Source of the DNA: Ginglymostoma cirratum
Taxonomy: Eukaryota
Direction of reading: 5' to 3'
Assembly (NCBI GenBank): GCA_024137785.1
Contig: JAHRHZ010000271.1
Location: forward strand, 25,404,554 to 25,468,553
Length of the DNA: 64,000 nt
Shown here piece by piece: positions 49,179 to 62,219 of the stretch (its first letter is position 1; each line of letters begins with the position of its first letter). The position numbers and the translations under genes were made by a program. The notes under the pieces are model-generated. The model was not told the DNA's origin. It did no database searches and worked only from the letters and a program-made list of their open reading frames with translations.

Positions 49179-52100
49179 GTACCAGATCTTGTGACATCTG
49201 ATGCATTCTAGAATGAAATTGCAAATGGAGGTGATTCAAACAAGATAGCAGTTTTATTCTCCAAGGTGCACAGGGGAAACAGTATACCAGCAGATTGATT
49301 CCCTGTTCATAATTTGAGTCATGCGTTTCTACAGCCTACAGTCTCATTAGTTACGTAGGTTGCTCAAGTATCATACAGTTTCTGTGCAGTGGGAGAGTTA
49401 CAGGTTCTGCATGATGATTACAGAGTTTCACACCTCACAGGCACATCTCAGTTTAGTGCATTGGAAACTCCTAACCTTGTGCGCATTCCTCAGCACTGAG
49501 TCCCTTTCTCCTGCCAATGAAAACCCTGATGGTGTGTCTTCCACAATGTTGGTGTCCCTTGTGTTACTTTTATAGTGTTACTTCCCACTCAGCTAGGGCA
49601 ATCATCTTATCCTCAGGTTAAATTATCCATTTGGCTCCAAGGTATCAATGGAGTCCCTTTTCCCTTTGTGTTGCAGAGGAGTTTCCTTGGCCCATCCATC
49701 ACTATAGCTCTTCACTAGATTATGATGGGTCCCAGCAGCTACTCTTCCTACTATAACATCATCCGACTACGACAGCAATGGCACTCAACTGTGCACTTAA
49801 AAAAAATTCTAATACAACAAAATCACGGATGAATTTTCCCAGCTGGTATGATCAATGACGTGAAATGTTAGAAAATATGGTGAAACTGATCTGAATCTGG
49901 ACATTGAGAAAAAATGTTCCAAGTTTCAGCAACGTTCTGAATCTCTCTGAGAAGCGGTGACTCCCTTATTTCCATGCAGTTATATTACATTGTTAGCGTA
50001 TCTCACCTCATTTACACAGGGTGCATCTTATCATTATTAGCTTTGTTTCTTAGCCCTCCCTCATTTTGAATTTTCTTCAAGGCTGCCAGACTTTGATTGC
50101 ATAGTCTTTTAGCCGGGACCGAGAATGTTTAATAGTTAAAATGGATGAAATCCATTGAGTGGAGATGCACTGCTGTTAGTCCATGACTGTTGGTGAGGTT
50201 TCTCTCCAGTGGGAGAGTTAAAGCAAGTGTGAAGTAGCAGAGCAATGAAGGTGGCTCTTAGCCTTGCAGAGCACTGAAGATCATTTAACTTTTTTCTGGC
50301 CATCTATGCTTCATGTCTTTTCCTCTTGGTCCATGGCCCATTGGGTAGAGAGTAGCCCCCTTCTTTGCTACCACTTATGCAGGGCTATCAGGGCTCTGTC
50401 TGGAAAGTGGCATTCCAGTTTCCTAAAAGGATGGTGCGCAAGGTAGGACCTGGCTTACAGCAACTGAAGTGATATGCAGCACCAGCAGCTTGGCTTCTGC
50501 AAGATCCTGGCAATAGCACGGACCTCACCTCTCTTGTCGCATAACTGCACAAGAAGGATACCAAGGAGGCCAGTTACATAATTAATGAAGAAACAAACAC
50601 AAGGTAACATGAGAAAAAAACTCTGTGAGCCATATGGGACATCCACCATGAAACTCCCTGAAAATACTATTTAGTATAAAAATAGGAAAATCCAGTCAAA
50701 ATGTTACTCAGGATGAATTTAGATAATTGTAGAATCAATACAAAATATTTTCACTTCGTCTGAAAACATGGTTACAGCACAATTACAGCCTAAATTGAAA
50801 ATCAGTCTGGTTTGAACTCAGAGTAAAGAAGAGTAAACCAGAGGAGAGAGTCTCTGTCCATGTTCCATTAGTCAAGTCCAATCTTAACCTTTAGTTTTAA
50901 ACTTGTACCAACTTAATGTCAAAGTGAAGGACAACAAAACGTTTGCATCAAAATCAAACTATAAATGCAAATGTACACTTAAGCAGCTGTTTATTTAACT
51001 ACATACAACTGTCCATTTTTCTTAGATATGATATCCTGCATTCACATTTTTCAGTAATATAATAACAGTCAAAGGTACAATCGCAAAATGCTCTTCTGGT
51101 TTTAAATGTTTTACAATTTATCCAGAAACTGCTGTGATTGATTAGCCTAATATTCAATTTTATGAATATGCTTCATATATAATAATTGCTGAAAGAGGAT
51201 TGCAATTTATTGAAGCTGTTTTTCAAGCTTTGCATAGCCATACAGCTCATATCATGGTGCTGCAATTTGGTATATTTTAATGAAGCATAGTCAAGTTACT
51301 TTGCTAAGCAGAAATATGACAAACAAGTAGGATGGGGCAGCACTGGGACTTTTCTCAATATGATTTTCTCTTCTAGTGAGTGTTTTCCTCTGGAATGTCT
51401 GAGATCGCAACATACAACTATGGGAACTATTATGCAATATTTCATAATTTGACGCATTCTGTCACTGCAAGTTTATCAAGACTTTGATTGCACTTCCAAT
51501 TTAAAACACTGATCCTTCCCAGAGTAACAAACCCCCCATATAATGGGCTTACCAAGCACTTGGAAGCACATGAATTCCAACCATTGTAGCAGAGATTCCT
51601 ATGACTCGGATATATCTGGATACAGTACATGCCAGATATAGAGGCAAAACGTGCATGTCATGGCCATTTGTAAACCCAACGTTTCTGATATTGTTGATGG
51701 CAAAATTGCCAGTGTTCCTTGCCATGTACAGCATGCTGTCAGCAATTTTGTGCTTCTCCAGATGGTGTACACTTGACGTACCCTAACTGCAGCTAATGGA
51801 AAATCTTGAGTTGACAAGAAGTCCACTTTATGCTGTTAATCTCACCGTAAAAGCCCTTGAAATAGTGCACTTTATTGAATGAGCTATAACTGGGTTTTAG
51901 TTCTATGCTAACTTGTGCCAACTTGCCCTGAGAAACTAATTTTATAATTGTGGATTGTCCAATAATATGAGAAAAAATAATTTTAAAGTTGTTTACTTTT
52001 AGTTTTTGATTAGGGTAGAAGCTGAAACAACCATTTATAAATAAAAGTTGCTTTGTTTTCTTCACTTTGAAACTTCAGATAGCAGAGTTTTTAAACTTCC

Positions 52101-55100
52101 TGATTTGCTGTGAAGATATGAATGTCTGCTACCTTGCTTTCTGGCGTAACTGCTGGTGCATGCCTGGAAATCCCTTTGACTTGCTGCAAAATTTATATTA
52201 CTGCTCAAAATTGAGGAAAACCATGCCATGGAGATTGTTCAAGCTTTGTCGGCAGATTCCTTCATTCTGTTGCTTTGCAGAATGCAAAGACTAAACTGAA
52301 GTTGACTTGACATTAATTAAGAAGCACCTAAGTGACAAGAGAACATTTACTGATGTCTTTGCTAATGCAGATTATCATTATGCAAGAGTTTTATTGTGGT
52401 TTAAATTTTCCACTTTATGTGAGTTATTCATTATCATTTGTTTGAACTTTCAATGTAAATGCAGAAGTTAAACCCTCTAATGTCTAAAAAGAGAAACCAG
52501 TGGATCATTAAAAATTTCCAAAACACACAAAATAGAGAAAACTGCAACTAATGATGCTGCAGTCTGTTTTATTGTTGTTGGCCCTAATCAGTCATGTCCT
52601 GGAGGTGAAATATGAAGACCCTATCCTCTTCACCAGTGCGTGAATTTCACTTTGACTGCTTCCCATACCAGCTGCAAACACTGCAAAGAGAGCTTTAGCA
52701 TCCTCTCAAAATTGAGAGATCTGGTATTGAGACCAAAAATACTCATGATATGATGATGGTGTCTGTAAAACCCCATTGTCACAGCTTTCTATCATAGGCT
52801 GCAAGCCAGAAACTGGAAGTGCTTACTTTAATGAGTCAATCAAAGTAAGTAACTAGTCAAAGCGTGCTGTGATTGAGGGAAACGGCATTTTCAGAGAGAA
52901 AGACATTCTTGCCAAAGAGAAAAAGCATGATGATAATAATTGAACTATCCTAAAGGAGTCAACCTTAAGCAAAGACTCAATACAGAGTCTTTTGGATTTA
53001 TAAACTTACCCTAGTTTTAGCATCACCAATGGCAAAAGGATGGCTTATTTCAACAGAGTTTGTCAAACTTGCTGAGTCCTTCTATCAGAGATGAAATGCA
53101 CTTGATGTATTTTCTTTTACCTCTCTGGCATCCTTGTATGGCAAAACCTGGCTAGTTGCCGATCTAAAAACATTGAACACTCCAGAAACAATAACCCAAA
53201 GGTTTAGTATGTGGAAGGAGAAGGAAATGTTTATCATCGCCTTGAGCTAATTTTGTCCCTACATAAGTGCTGGTGTGGGAAAAGTTTCCAATGTCATCAG
53301 GACAAATGTTGCCAACACTCAGTGCTGAAAGCCAAGCTCCTGCAGCGGTTTCTAATTGAAGCCCTTGGTTTAGGAATATTTCTCATAATTTCACAATATA
53401 GGTCCACATGGGATGAAAACACTACATGCATTACAAAACTTTTAGCATTTCTATTTTAGAGTACTGTTTCCTAAAAGGACAACTGAAGGTGAGTCTAAAA
53501 ACATCAAGAGGAAATGACTGAGCACTAAACAATTCTCTGCAAAACATTGCTTTGTTACATGAGTCTGCCTCCTCAGTGGCCCTTGGGCACCCACTCTGCT
53601 CAAGCAGAGATTTCATGCTTTGGTTTAAGAAAGTCAAGCAGAAAGGGCAGGATGAATCCTAAAAAGAACAAATGCAGCCAATTGCTGCCTCTGTTATGTC
53701 TAACGATCCAAGCCTATTACTGTCCTCAATACAGTGTTGAGATCTTGGTCTGTACAGGATGGCATCTGATGACTGTAAATGAGAAACCTGCCATACTAGA
53801 TGTCTCAATTAGCATTAGAATTTAGGAGAGTTGTTTTAACCATATTCACCTGACAATGAACATTTGATCCTGGAAGTGTGGAGATTTTACAGCTAACCAT
53901 TTGAGAATGGAAACGATTAAAGGTTCAGGCTGTACAGTGACCACTCATCTGAGTCATAGCGGCAGTGTGCTCCAGTTGATTTTAGTTCCTGGTCTGCCAG
54001 TCCTTTACATCAGCTTTATTTGCATGCTCAGATTTATTGAGGCATAAAATGCTATCAACATTATGTTTATCAAATTTCAGTCAAATTTCCATCAATATGT
54101 TGCTTTGGCAGTGTTCCACTTGAATGATTTGTTTTTTGGATTTTTGGTTAGTTTCTGTAGACATAGACATCAAAATACAAGGTTTAAATAAAATCTTTAT
54201 TAAACATGCGTTGCTGTTATTTTCACAGTTGCTACCTGTGATATTTCATGGTACTGAGAAAGGAAATATTACACGTGTGAAAATATTACTCTCTGGCCTA
54301 CCACATGCTGCAATTGTTCAGTGCTCCATACCCATGTGAAGGAAGCATAATTGTTCAGTGCTTAACAGTACAAGGAGGAAGGATTCCAAATAGCAGAACA
54401 GATGCTGAAGCATAAAGCCAGCAGTGCTCCCATTACCGGTGTAAAATTCCTCATTACAGTCAAAACTCGATGTGGTGCAAATTGTAAACACCTTTCTCAA
54501 TCGATTAGGCACATATTTAGCAATACCACATTAAAAGTGTCTGATTATGATTTTAGATCTATTCAATGTACAGCCCAACACACAGACATTTAACAAATAA
54601 TTCTCAGGTCATTTGATTTGCGGAGTAGTTTGTAAGAAATTGCTGTGATGCTGATTTTTGGAGGAGCAAGCTTTTCTTAAATCTGCAGCTGTTTCTTCAT
54701 TACCATCCATAAACTCCGCTGGTATGTTCTTAGATGCACATTGCCCATAATGTGAGAAATTCAGCTCTTTGCATCTAATTAACATTCTGGCAGAGCAGGT
54801 GGTTCTTAATAAATAATGAGCAGTCTGCCAAGAAAAAGTTTCTGCCGCGATCAGCATTACAGTATTTGGTAAAGGATTTGACTAGGCTGTGGTTTTGTAA
54901 TATTTGTCCCTCAGACTATTTAATAATTTATCATACAATATCTAGGCAGGAAACTGTTATACCAGTGGAACATTCAATCCACACTGAAGACTTTATTACA
55001 CGGGATACAAATTATAGGGAATGAAAAGTTCTTTTTTCTTGTAAATCTTGTCAACATTTCTATATCGCAGGAAATTACAGCTGGAATGTTCTCCTCCCTT

Positions 55101-56589
55101 GTGTATGTGATGGTGAGAAAGGTGGGAAAATATGGAGAGTCTGAAATCTCTCAACATCAAGAAATGTTCTTGCAATTTTTCCCCTCAAGCCGTAAATGGT
55201 GACTTTAGAATTTCACCATCAAGCAGCGACGGCCATATTTCCAAGCCTTTGCATCTTATTAAAATCCCAAATCACCTTATTTGAAGGCCATTTTGAATTC
55301 TCGCCTCCTTGCCCAAGAAACGAGAAGGCAAAAAAAATTCTGACTTAAGTCAAAGCAGGTACTTGGCAGCTAAGGCTTGCTGAATGCTTGACTCAGTCAT
55401 CATCCAACCGTGCCTTCAGCATAGTGTGCCTATATGCTCCATGGCCACCACCCTCCTCAACCCTTCGTTCTCACAAATCAACATTGTCAAACCAGCAGCC
55501 TCACCACGTCATTATGACTGCCTTTGGCACAAATCACACACCACTTCAACCCTTTAGGATTTTATTTTAGAGGTCAGGTACCCTATCGCAGATGATTTGT
55601 ATATTTCTGCCAGATCACTTTGTGCTCAGCGAAAAAACATTTCAAGATTATCTGCACAAGATGCAGCTTATGGCTCTTCACTTGCTTCCTTAACGTTCAC
55701 TCGTTTTGTGCTTGCCCAGAGGCTACCAACGTCTATGATTTTTTTGTTAGTTTCTTAGTTTACACTCAATGACTTCAGCACAGACTTGCAGCTACCAGCC
55801 TCTGTGTGGATCACATTGCTTTCTTAACATATAGCATCTTTAGTGCTTAGTTACATACTGCCAGCTTTTGAGGCATGCCTCGATTTTGAGCGCAAAGGGA
55901 CAGATTAGAGCTTGTTGACAGTGTAGTCACTGAACAGGTGAGGGTGTGTTACACTCTGCTACATCAAACACATTGCATACATTTCAAGCAAATCGTTGTA
56001 TGTGAAAGTCAAAGGGGAGCAGTCCTTAGTGGGATGTTGGGTTGATAGTCACTCAGGGGTCTTGTTCAATTCCAGCCCTCCAGGACCTCAGTCACAGTCA
56101 GTCCGGCACCTGGTCTTACCAGAGTCTGAGGATCTGACTTGAAACCCAGAGACTGGGCCATGATCAGTCCTACACATTAAGTGTGAAATAGTTGGGAAAT
56201 TATAGATCGGCGAGTCAAGGAATTATGGAAACATCAGTCCAAGGGTTAGGCCAATGTTACCTGAGTGACACTTTGGAAAGCATTTAATATGATCGATGTA
56301 TTGGTAATGCGGCAGCAGGAGAGCTGGTGAGGTGTCCACAGTAAGTGAGGGGGAAGTTGAGAGGGGAGGAAGTGTTAGTAATTGGCGAAGATGGGATAGG
56401 TGAGAGCCCCTGAGTCGGCATGCTGCATAGAACAGTGGGAGCTGGGGGGGGGTGGGGGGGTCTGTGGGGGCTAAGCCTTGGGGAGAGGCGTGTGCAGTGG
56501 CAGAGTAAGAGTGACTGACAGTGCTGTGTGTGAGGTAGCAAAGAGAAAATGATGAAACCCACCCTTGCAGACCTCCTCCATGCACCACT

Positions 56590-56785
56590 AAGCATCCTGC
56601 TTCAAAGGAGACACAGCAATGCCTGGGACTGCAGTTTGGTTTGAGATTGCCCTGATCAAGTGGTATGACTTTCTGTAGTCAGCTACAAGAAACAGCACTG
56701 CTTTTCTCCTCTTCACCCCATCAGTCAGATCCTCCAGATCTTTGTCTGCAAAGCAGGATGCACACTTTGTCATCAGAGGCATGGC
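56590..56785 (-). pseudogene. Decayed Myb/SANT-like DNA-binding ORF remnant, probably from a PIF/Harbinger transposon
   Basis: KCASCFADKDLEDLTDGVKRRKAVLF resembles the [KR]xxxF(S/T)xxELxxLxxxVxxxxxxLF start of Myb/SANT-like domains. Recognised by eye only. Confidence 0.45.
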
Positions 56786-57057
56786 CCAGAGGAAAGCAAA
56801 GGTAAAGCACCAGCATGTGAGGGGTCATTCCCAGTTTGCGCAACTGAAATGGTATACAGCTGGGGTTTCAATATAGCGCCAATGACATCAATGCTGGCTT
56901 CCTTGAGAAAATGGCCCAGTTGCATAATTAATTGAACAGAAGATTGCATGAGAAAACTTGTTGCAAGGCATGGTAGACTGGGCACCATGAATCTCATTCA
57001 AGTATGGTCTGATTCCATGTTGTGTTGGGAATAGTAACCCAGCAGTAGTTTTTCTCA

Positions 57058-57655
57058 GAGATAAAAGGTACTGCAGATGCTGGAGAATCCGAGATAACAA
57101 AGTGTGGAGCTGGATGAACACAGCAGGCCAAGCAGCATCATAGGNNNNNNNNNNNNNNNNNNNNNNNNNNNNNNNNNNNNNNNNNNNNNNNNNNNNNNNN
57201 NNNNNNNNNNNNNNNNNNNNNNNNNNNNNNNNNNNNNNNNNNNNNNNNNNNNNNNNNNNNNNNNNNNNNNNNNNNNNNNNNNNNNNNNNNNNNNNNNNNN
57301 NNNNNNNNNNNNNNNNNNNNNNNNNNNNNNNNNNNNNNNNNNNNNNNNNNNNNNNNNNNNNNNNNNNNNNNNNNNNNNNNNNNNNNNNNNNNNNNNNNNN
57401 NNNNNNNNNNNNNNNNNNNNNNNNNNNNNNNNNNNNNNNNNNNNNNNNNNNNNNNNNNNNNNNNNNNNNNNNNNNNNNNNNNNNNNNNNNNNNNNNNNNN
57501 NNNNNNNNNNNNNNNNNNNNNNNNNNNNNNNNNNNNNNNNNNNNGGGCCTAGACCCTTCATCAGATGAAGGGTCTAGGCCCGAAACGTCAAGCTTTCCTG
57601 CTCCTATGATGCTGCTTGGCCTGCTGTGTTCACCCAGCTCCACGCCTTGTTATCT
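57058..57655. mobile_element. Palindromic PLE-derived insertion containing a 400-N gap (57145-57544)
   Basis: Inverted arms with visible centre gggcctagacccttcatcagatgaagggtctaggccc. TSD CAGT(A/G)GTTTTTCTCA at 57043-57057 and 57656-57670. Confidence 0.85.
57145..57544. other. Assembly gap (400 N)
   Basis: Run of N. Confidence 1.
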
Positions 57656-58718
57656 CAGTGGTTTTTCTCAAATTGGCCAATTCATGGTCAGAGAATGTGT
57701 TCAGTGTTCACTGTCCACTGTGTGGACGCTCAAAACAGTGACCTCTTGTTACAGATGGTGCTTCCATCTTGATGTGCCCTCTTCTCAGTTCTAAAACATG
57801 CAAATTTAAAAAGCTGTTGTGGAAGGCTGCCTCACTTCAGGGGAATTGTGGGAGAGGTGGACTAAGTCATCCCAGCCAATTGGTTTACTTTGGCATGCGT
57901 GTTGCCCTAATTTGCTCCATACCACATGCAGTCAGATACCACTTCTGCCCCAGTCCCCCCTCCAGAAAATACTTTAGGGTTGGCATGGTGCTTCTATGCT
58001 GCCCCATGGCTCCATGTTGCTTACTCAATAGTCTCTAATAATAGAACAAAGAATCTGCCTATTGTTATGTTTATTTCAGTTGCTTCGATAAAATAAGCAA
58101 CTTGTATGATTCCTATCTGATAGTGAGTTCTTCAGAAACATTGGAAAAATGTTTGAATAAAGTCATGAGGATTTTTTAATAACTGTAGTTTATGCATTTG
58201 CATAATTAGATTTTGGGCTGTGTGGGCACGGTGCTGAATTTAAGACACCTGAACCACATACAGGATGGGCAGCACTGCTGTTGCTGAGAGAAGGTTTAAC
58301 ACCGATCTCAATGTTTTAATAAACAGAATAAGTCATTCACCAGATTTCTAATGTTGACGACAGGGTTTATCCCATGGGCTACGAGTCTTTTAGTTGAAAC
58401 AGCTACCTTCCCATTGAAGTTTTAGACAACTGGCGATGAAGAGCTGGAGTAGCTTTTACTATTTACATAGAGAGCCCATGAAAGTGGCAGAATAGTGCTC
58501 TTTGATGTGATTTCTATCCTGCCTTTCTAAAATGACAAATAGACAAACTTTCTTTGTGAAGATTGTGCCTCTTTGAAGATGACAGAATTACTATTATATT
58601 TTATCACCATTTGTTATGAGGCTATGAAAACTATAAATTATTTATCGACATATTTATTAACAGTCAAACATTTTCAATATTTATATTTTAAAAATCTCTG
58701 CTCTTTGTCATACTTCAG

Positions 58719-58812
58719 TGGCAATACTTCTCTAACTGTGTTTGGAACAAACTTGGATATAATCCAGGAGCCAAGGATTCGTGTGAAGCATAACAACCGG
58801 GAATCTCTTAAT
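58719..58812 (+). CDS. PLXNA2: Plexin-A2 internal coding exon (IPT/TIG), phase 2-0
   Basis: cttcag|T GGC...CTT AAT|gtaagt. 94 nt: [31 protein letters not shown]. Confidence 0.94.
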
Positions 58813-58919
58813 GTAAGTCATGGATTGATGTAAACTGTTTCTGTTTGATACAGAATTACATTCATGCACCAAGTCCTGGTTTGTGTGTTCAATGGTGTAA
58901 CAGTGCTGCTGAATCACAG

Positions 58920-59860
58920 ACACCTGCCATTCCACCAGCATTCACGCCCAGAGAGCCATTAGCCACCACTTCCGCTATCTCCAGCAGGATGCCACCACCA
59001 GACACACATTCCCTTCACCTCCCTTGTCAGCTGTGTGCAAAGACCATTCCCTCTGGGACACCCTGGTCTACTCTACTTCCACTCCCAACAGCCCCATGGC
59101 ACCTTCCCCTGCAACTGCAGAAGGGTAACACCTGCCCACTTACTTCCTCCCCCCTTCATATCTGAGGGCTCAAACATACCTTCCAGGTGAAGCAGCACTT
59201 TATCTGCACTTCACTCAATCTAGAGTACTGCATTCACTGCTCACGATGTGATCTCCTCTCTATTGGGGAAGCAAAGTGTAGACTGGGTGACCATTTTGCA
59301 GAACACTGACATTCTGTCTGCAAAAAAGACCTTTAATTTCCAGTTGTCTGCCAGTTCAACACACCACCTGGTTGCCTAGCCAGCATCTCTCTCTCTCAGA
59401 CTTGCTGCGGTACTCCAGCGAACCTCAGTGCAAGTTGGAAGAATTGCACCTTATTTTCTGCTTGGGAACCCTACAACCTTCGGGACTCAATATCAAATTC
59501 AACAATTTTAGGGTTTGAGGCACCTTCTCCCATGTTCTTACCCCAATCCCCACATACCAGGTCTTGTTATCACATGGTCTGTTATTACACACAACCCATT
59601 GTTAGCCATTAATAGTCCCCATTGGTAGCTATTCATTCCTCTATCCAATTGTTTTTCTGTCTCTCTGGGATCTAACTCCACATGTTGTTTGCTTCTTACC
59701 CTCTAACCCCAACCTATCTTTTGCATAAAAAACAATGTTTTCCTATCCAGGATTTGTTCTGAGGAAGGGTCACTGGACCCAAAATATTAACTCTGATTTC
59801 TCTCCTCAGATGCTGCCAGACCTGCTGAGCTTTTCCAACAAATTCTGTTTCTGTTTTTGA
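58920..59860 (+). mobile_element. Older Neptune-type PLE 3' portion (linker, GIY-YIG, 3' UTR, second-family tail)
   Basis: HSTSIHAQRAISHHFRYLQQDATTRHTFPSPPLSA, HGTFPCNCRR and YCIHCSRCDLLSIGEAK are homologous to 46066-46640. Ends in CTGAGGAAGGGTCACTGGACCC tail as at 40278-40375. Confidence 0.85.
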
Positions 59861-60639
59861 TTGATAGTTGCATCGTTTCAATCTCACATAGTTCCTCACT
59901 TGATTGTAGCATATTGAGGAAGATTTTCAATTAAGTTGATTGTGAAGTGCTGACAGGTTAGGATAAGAATTTTCTTTGAGGTATAGACATTAGCCTAGGC
60001 TTTGGAATGAGAAAATCTCCTGCAGTAGAGGATGTCCACCACAAGAATAATCCACCTTCTCCCTCCTGCTGCGAACGCCACTGACTGGAGAATGGGGTTG
60101 GAGGTTGTGAAATTGCACCTTTTGAGTATCTGCCATAGTAAGTTGGAGGAACTGGCTCAGCCATCTGCCTGGCTGTGTACATCCACCAGTTACATTAATG
60201 GTGATTTCCACTGGTGGCAGGAGCGTTCGCACTGATGCCAGTCTTTCCTCTGAGTTTGGCCATCTTCCTTCTATTAACGTGTCAGCTTGTCCAGTAAAAG
60301 TGATCTGGCTTGGTGGATGCTCTTTTGCCTGGTTGTGGACAGATATGGGGCGACAAAACATAATGGGCAGGGTGAAACTGACAGGACAGAGATGGGAACA
60401 AAAGCAAAATTCCGCAGATGGTGAAAATCTGAACTAAATAATACTCTTCAAAATACAAGGTTTCATCAGAATACTGCAGCATGATTTTGTCCAAACAGCC
60501 AACCAGAATTTGTATTAATGTTTTGCATAACCTAGTAAGTATTATAAGGCATAATGGATGTTTGGAGCCATTATTTATTGCTTACTGTCATAAATAATAT
60601 AAATGTAGAGGAGCATAAGAAGCAGTATTTTAAATATTC

Positions 60640-60873
60640 AGAGATAACAGGAACTGCAGATGCTGGAGAATCTGAGATAACAAGGTGCAGAGCTGGATGA
60701 ACACTGCAGGCCAAGCAGCATCAGAGGAGCAGGAAGGCTGATGTTTCAGGCCTGAGCAGCATCAGAGGAGCAGGAAGGCTGAAGTTTCGGGCCTAGACCC
60801 TTCTGTCAGCCTTCCTGCTCCTCTGACGCTGTTTGGCCTGCTGTGTTCATCCAGCTCTGCACCTTGTTATCTC
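60640..60873. mobile_element. Short palindromic PLE-derived insertion with internal ~41-bp tandem duplication
   Basis: Inverted arms (aaggtgcagagctggatgaacac / gtgttcatccagctctgcacctt). TSD ATTTTAAATATTC at 60627-60639 and 60874-60886. Confidence 0.87.
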
Positions 60874-61794
60874 ATTTTAAATATTCCGTTCCACAGTAAT
60901 CCTTAAATCCAGTCAAAAAACAATAAGCTGCAATTTCAGGATGATGCACTGCAGCAATGTGGAATGCAGAAAAGTTAATGCATTTTGTGCAAAATCCTCA
61001 GCTTTTAGATTCACACAGAGAGGGTTAATGGAATTTCTTTATCTCCTTAATGGTGTTTAATGGAAGATTAACTTTAGACAAAAGAGCCTTTGTCAGCATA
61101 AAGAGAAATGAAACTCAGGATGAGAGAAAGAGAAATCTATGTAGATTTAATTTTGTATTTTATCTTTGGTCATTCTTTAATTAAGTAAATTAGCTATTTC
61201 CTCTCTGTAAAAAAAAAACTCGTGGGAGTTTGCTTGACTCTGGTGAATTGACCGTATGGAATTTCAATTCAATATCTGGAATGTTCAGTTTTGCTTCAGC
61301 TCACAGGATCTCATTTGTGGAGTGTACTCATGCTAGGAAATTTAGTTCAAATTAACTTTCCCTAGAGGAAAAGTGAAATGAAAAATAAAGCTTACTGTAC
61401 ATCAAACTATATTTTGGGTACATCCTTGTAGCCTGTAAGGATATTGATTTTCTTTAATATAGAAAGGAAAGGTATCACTGCAGTGTTTTGAAGACTAGAG
61501 GGAACATAGCATTGATCTGGTGTGTTCACGTAATTTGCAGCACAGTTTAGTTCCTATGTCTTATTATAAAACACAATCAATATGTGAGCACCATTTACAG
61601 AATTTATAGGCAGAATCCTATGCCATCCTCTGTGGGTTTGATAGTGGATGGGGGTGGGGAAGTGTTCAATTGAGTGGGAGTGTGGTGAGTGAGGACCCCA
61701 CAGCCTTTTGCTCCTACCTCCCACACCCCCGATGCCAGGGGTGAGGTGAGGGGAGAGCTCCTGGGTGATCTTACTACCCTGCCACCTTTTTCTT

Positions 61795-61895
61795 TTTCTT
61801 TATTCATTCACAGGATGGGGGCGGGGGGGGGGGGCGGCAGCACTGGCTAGGCAGCACTTATTGCCCAGAAGGCAGTTAAGAGTCAACCACATTGC
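61795..61895 (-). mobile_element. 3' fragment of the same SINE family
   Basis: tttattcattcacaggatg..cactggctaggcagcacttattgcccagaaggcagttaagagtcaaccacattgct. Confidence 0.75.
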
Positions 61896-62029
61896 TATAG
61901 AGGCATTTTACCTATTGAGGCATTTAAGTGAACAATGAAGAAGCTCATCCAGCCAGCAAAGGGATTTAGCCCAGAGGTGAGTGGGTGACTCACCGGTTGG
62001 GAAGCCCAACAAACAAACCCAGTGGTGTG

Positions 62030-62219
62030 ATAACACGATATGGAGCTAGAGGAGCAGTAAAATTGATGTTTCGGGTCAGGACCCTTCTTTTTCTGAAGAA
62101 GGGTCCAGACCCGAAACATCAACTTTCCTGCTCCTCTGATGCTGCCTGGCCTGCTGTGTTCCTCCAGCTCCATACTGTGTTAACTCTGATTCTAGCATTT
62201 GCAGTTCTAACTGTCCCGT
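62030..62219. mobile_element. Short palindromic PLE-derived insertion
   Basis: Inverted arms around acccttctttttctgaagaagggt. Hammerhead-like CTGAAGA-AGGGTCCAGACCC-GAAA-CATC at 62093-62120. TSD AACCCAGTGGTGTG at 62016-62029 and 62220-62233. Confidence 0.85.

Noticed and set aside
58836-59870. TSD for the older PLE (ctgtttctgttt at both sides)
   Set aside because: The right-hand match is part of the element's own tail and the left-hand match is ~80 bp from the homology start, so it is not a convincing duplication.
7306-62219. Calling the short palindromes DNA-transposon MITEs or pre-miRNAs
   Set aside because: The arms match the 3' ends of RT/GIY-YIG elements in this window, TSD length varies (12-16 bp) and the arms are asymmetric, unlike cut-and-paste TIR elements. 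There is no evidence for miRNA processing.
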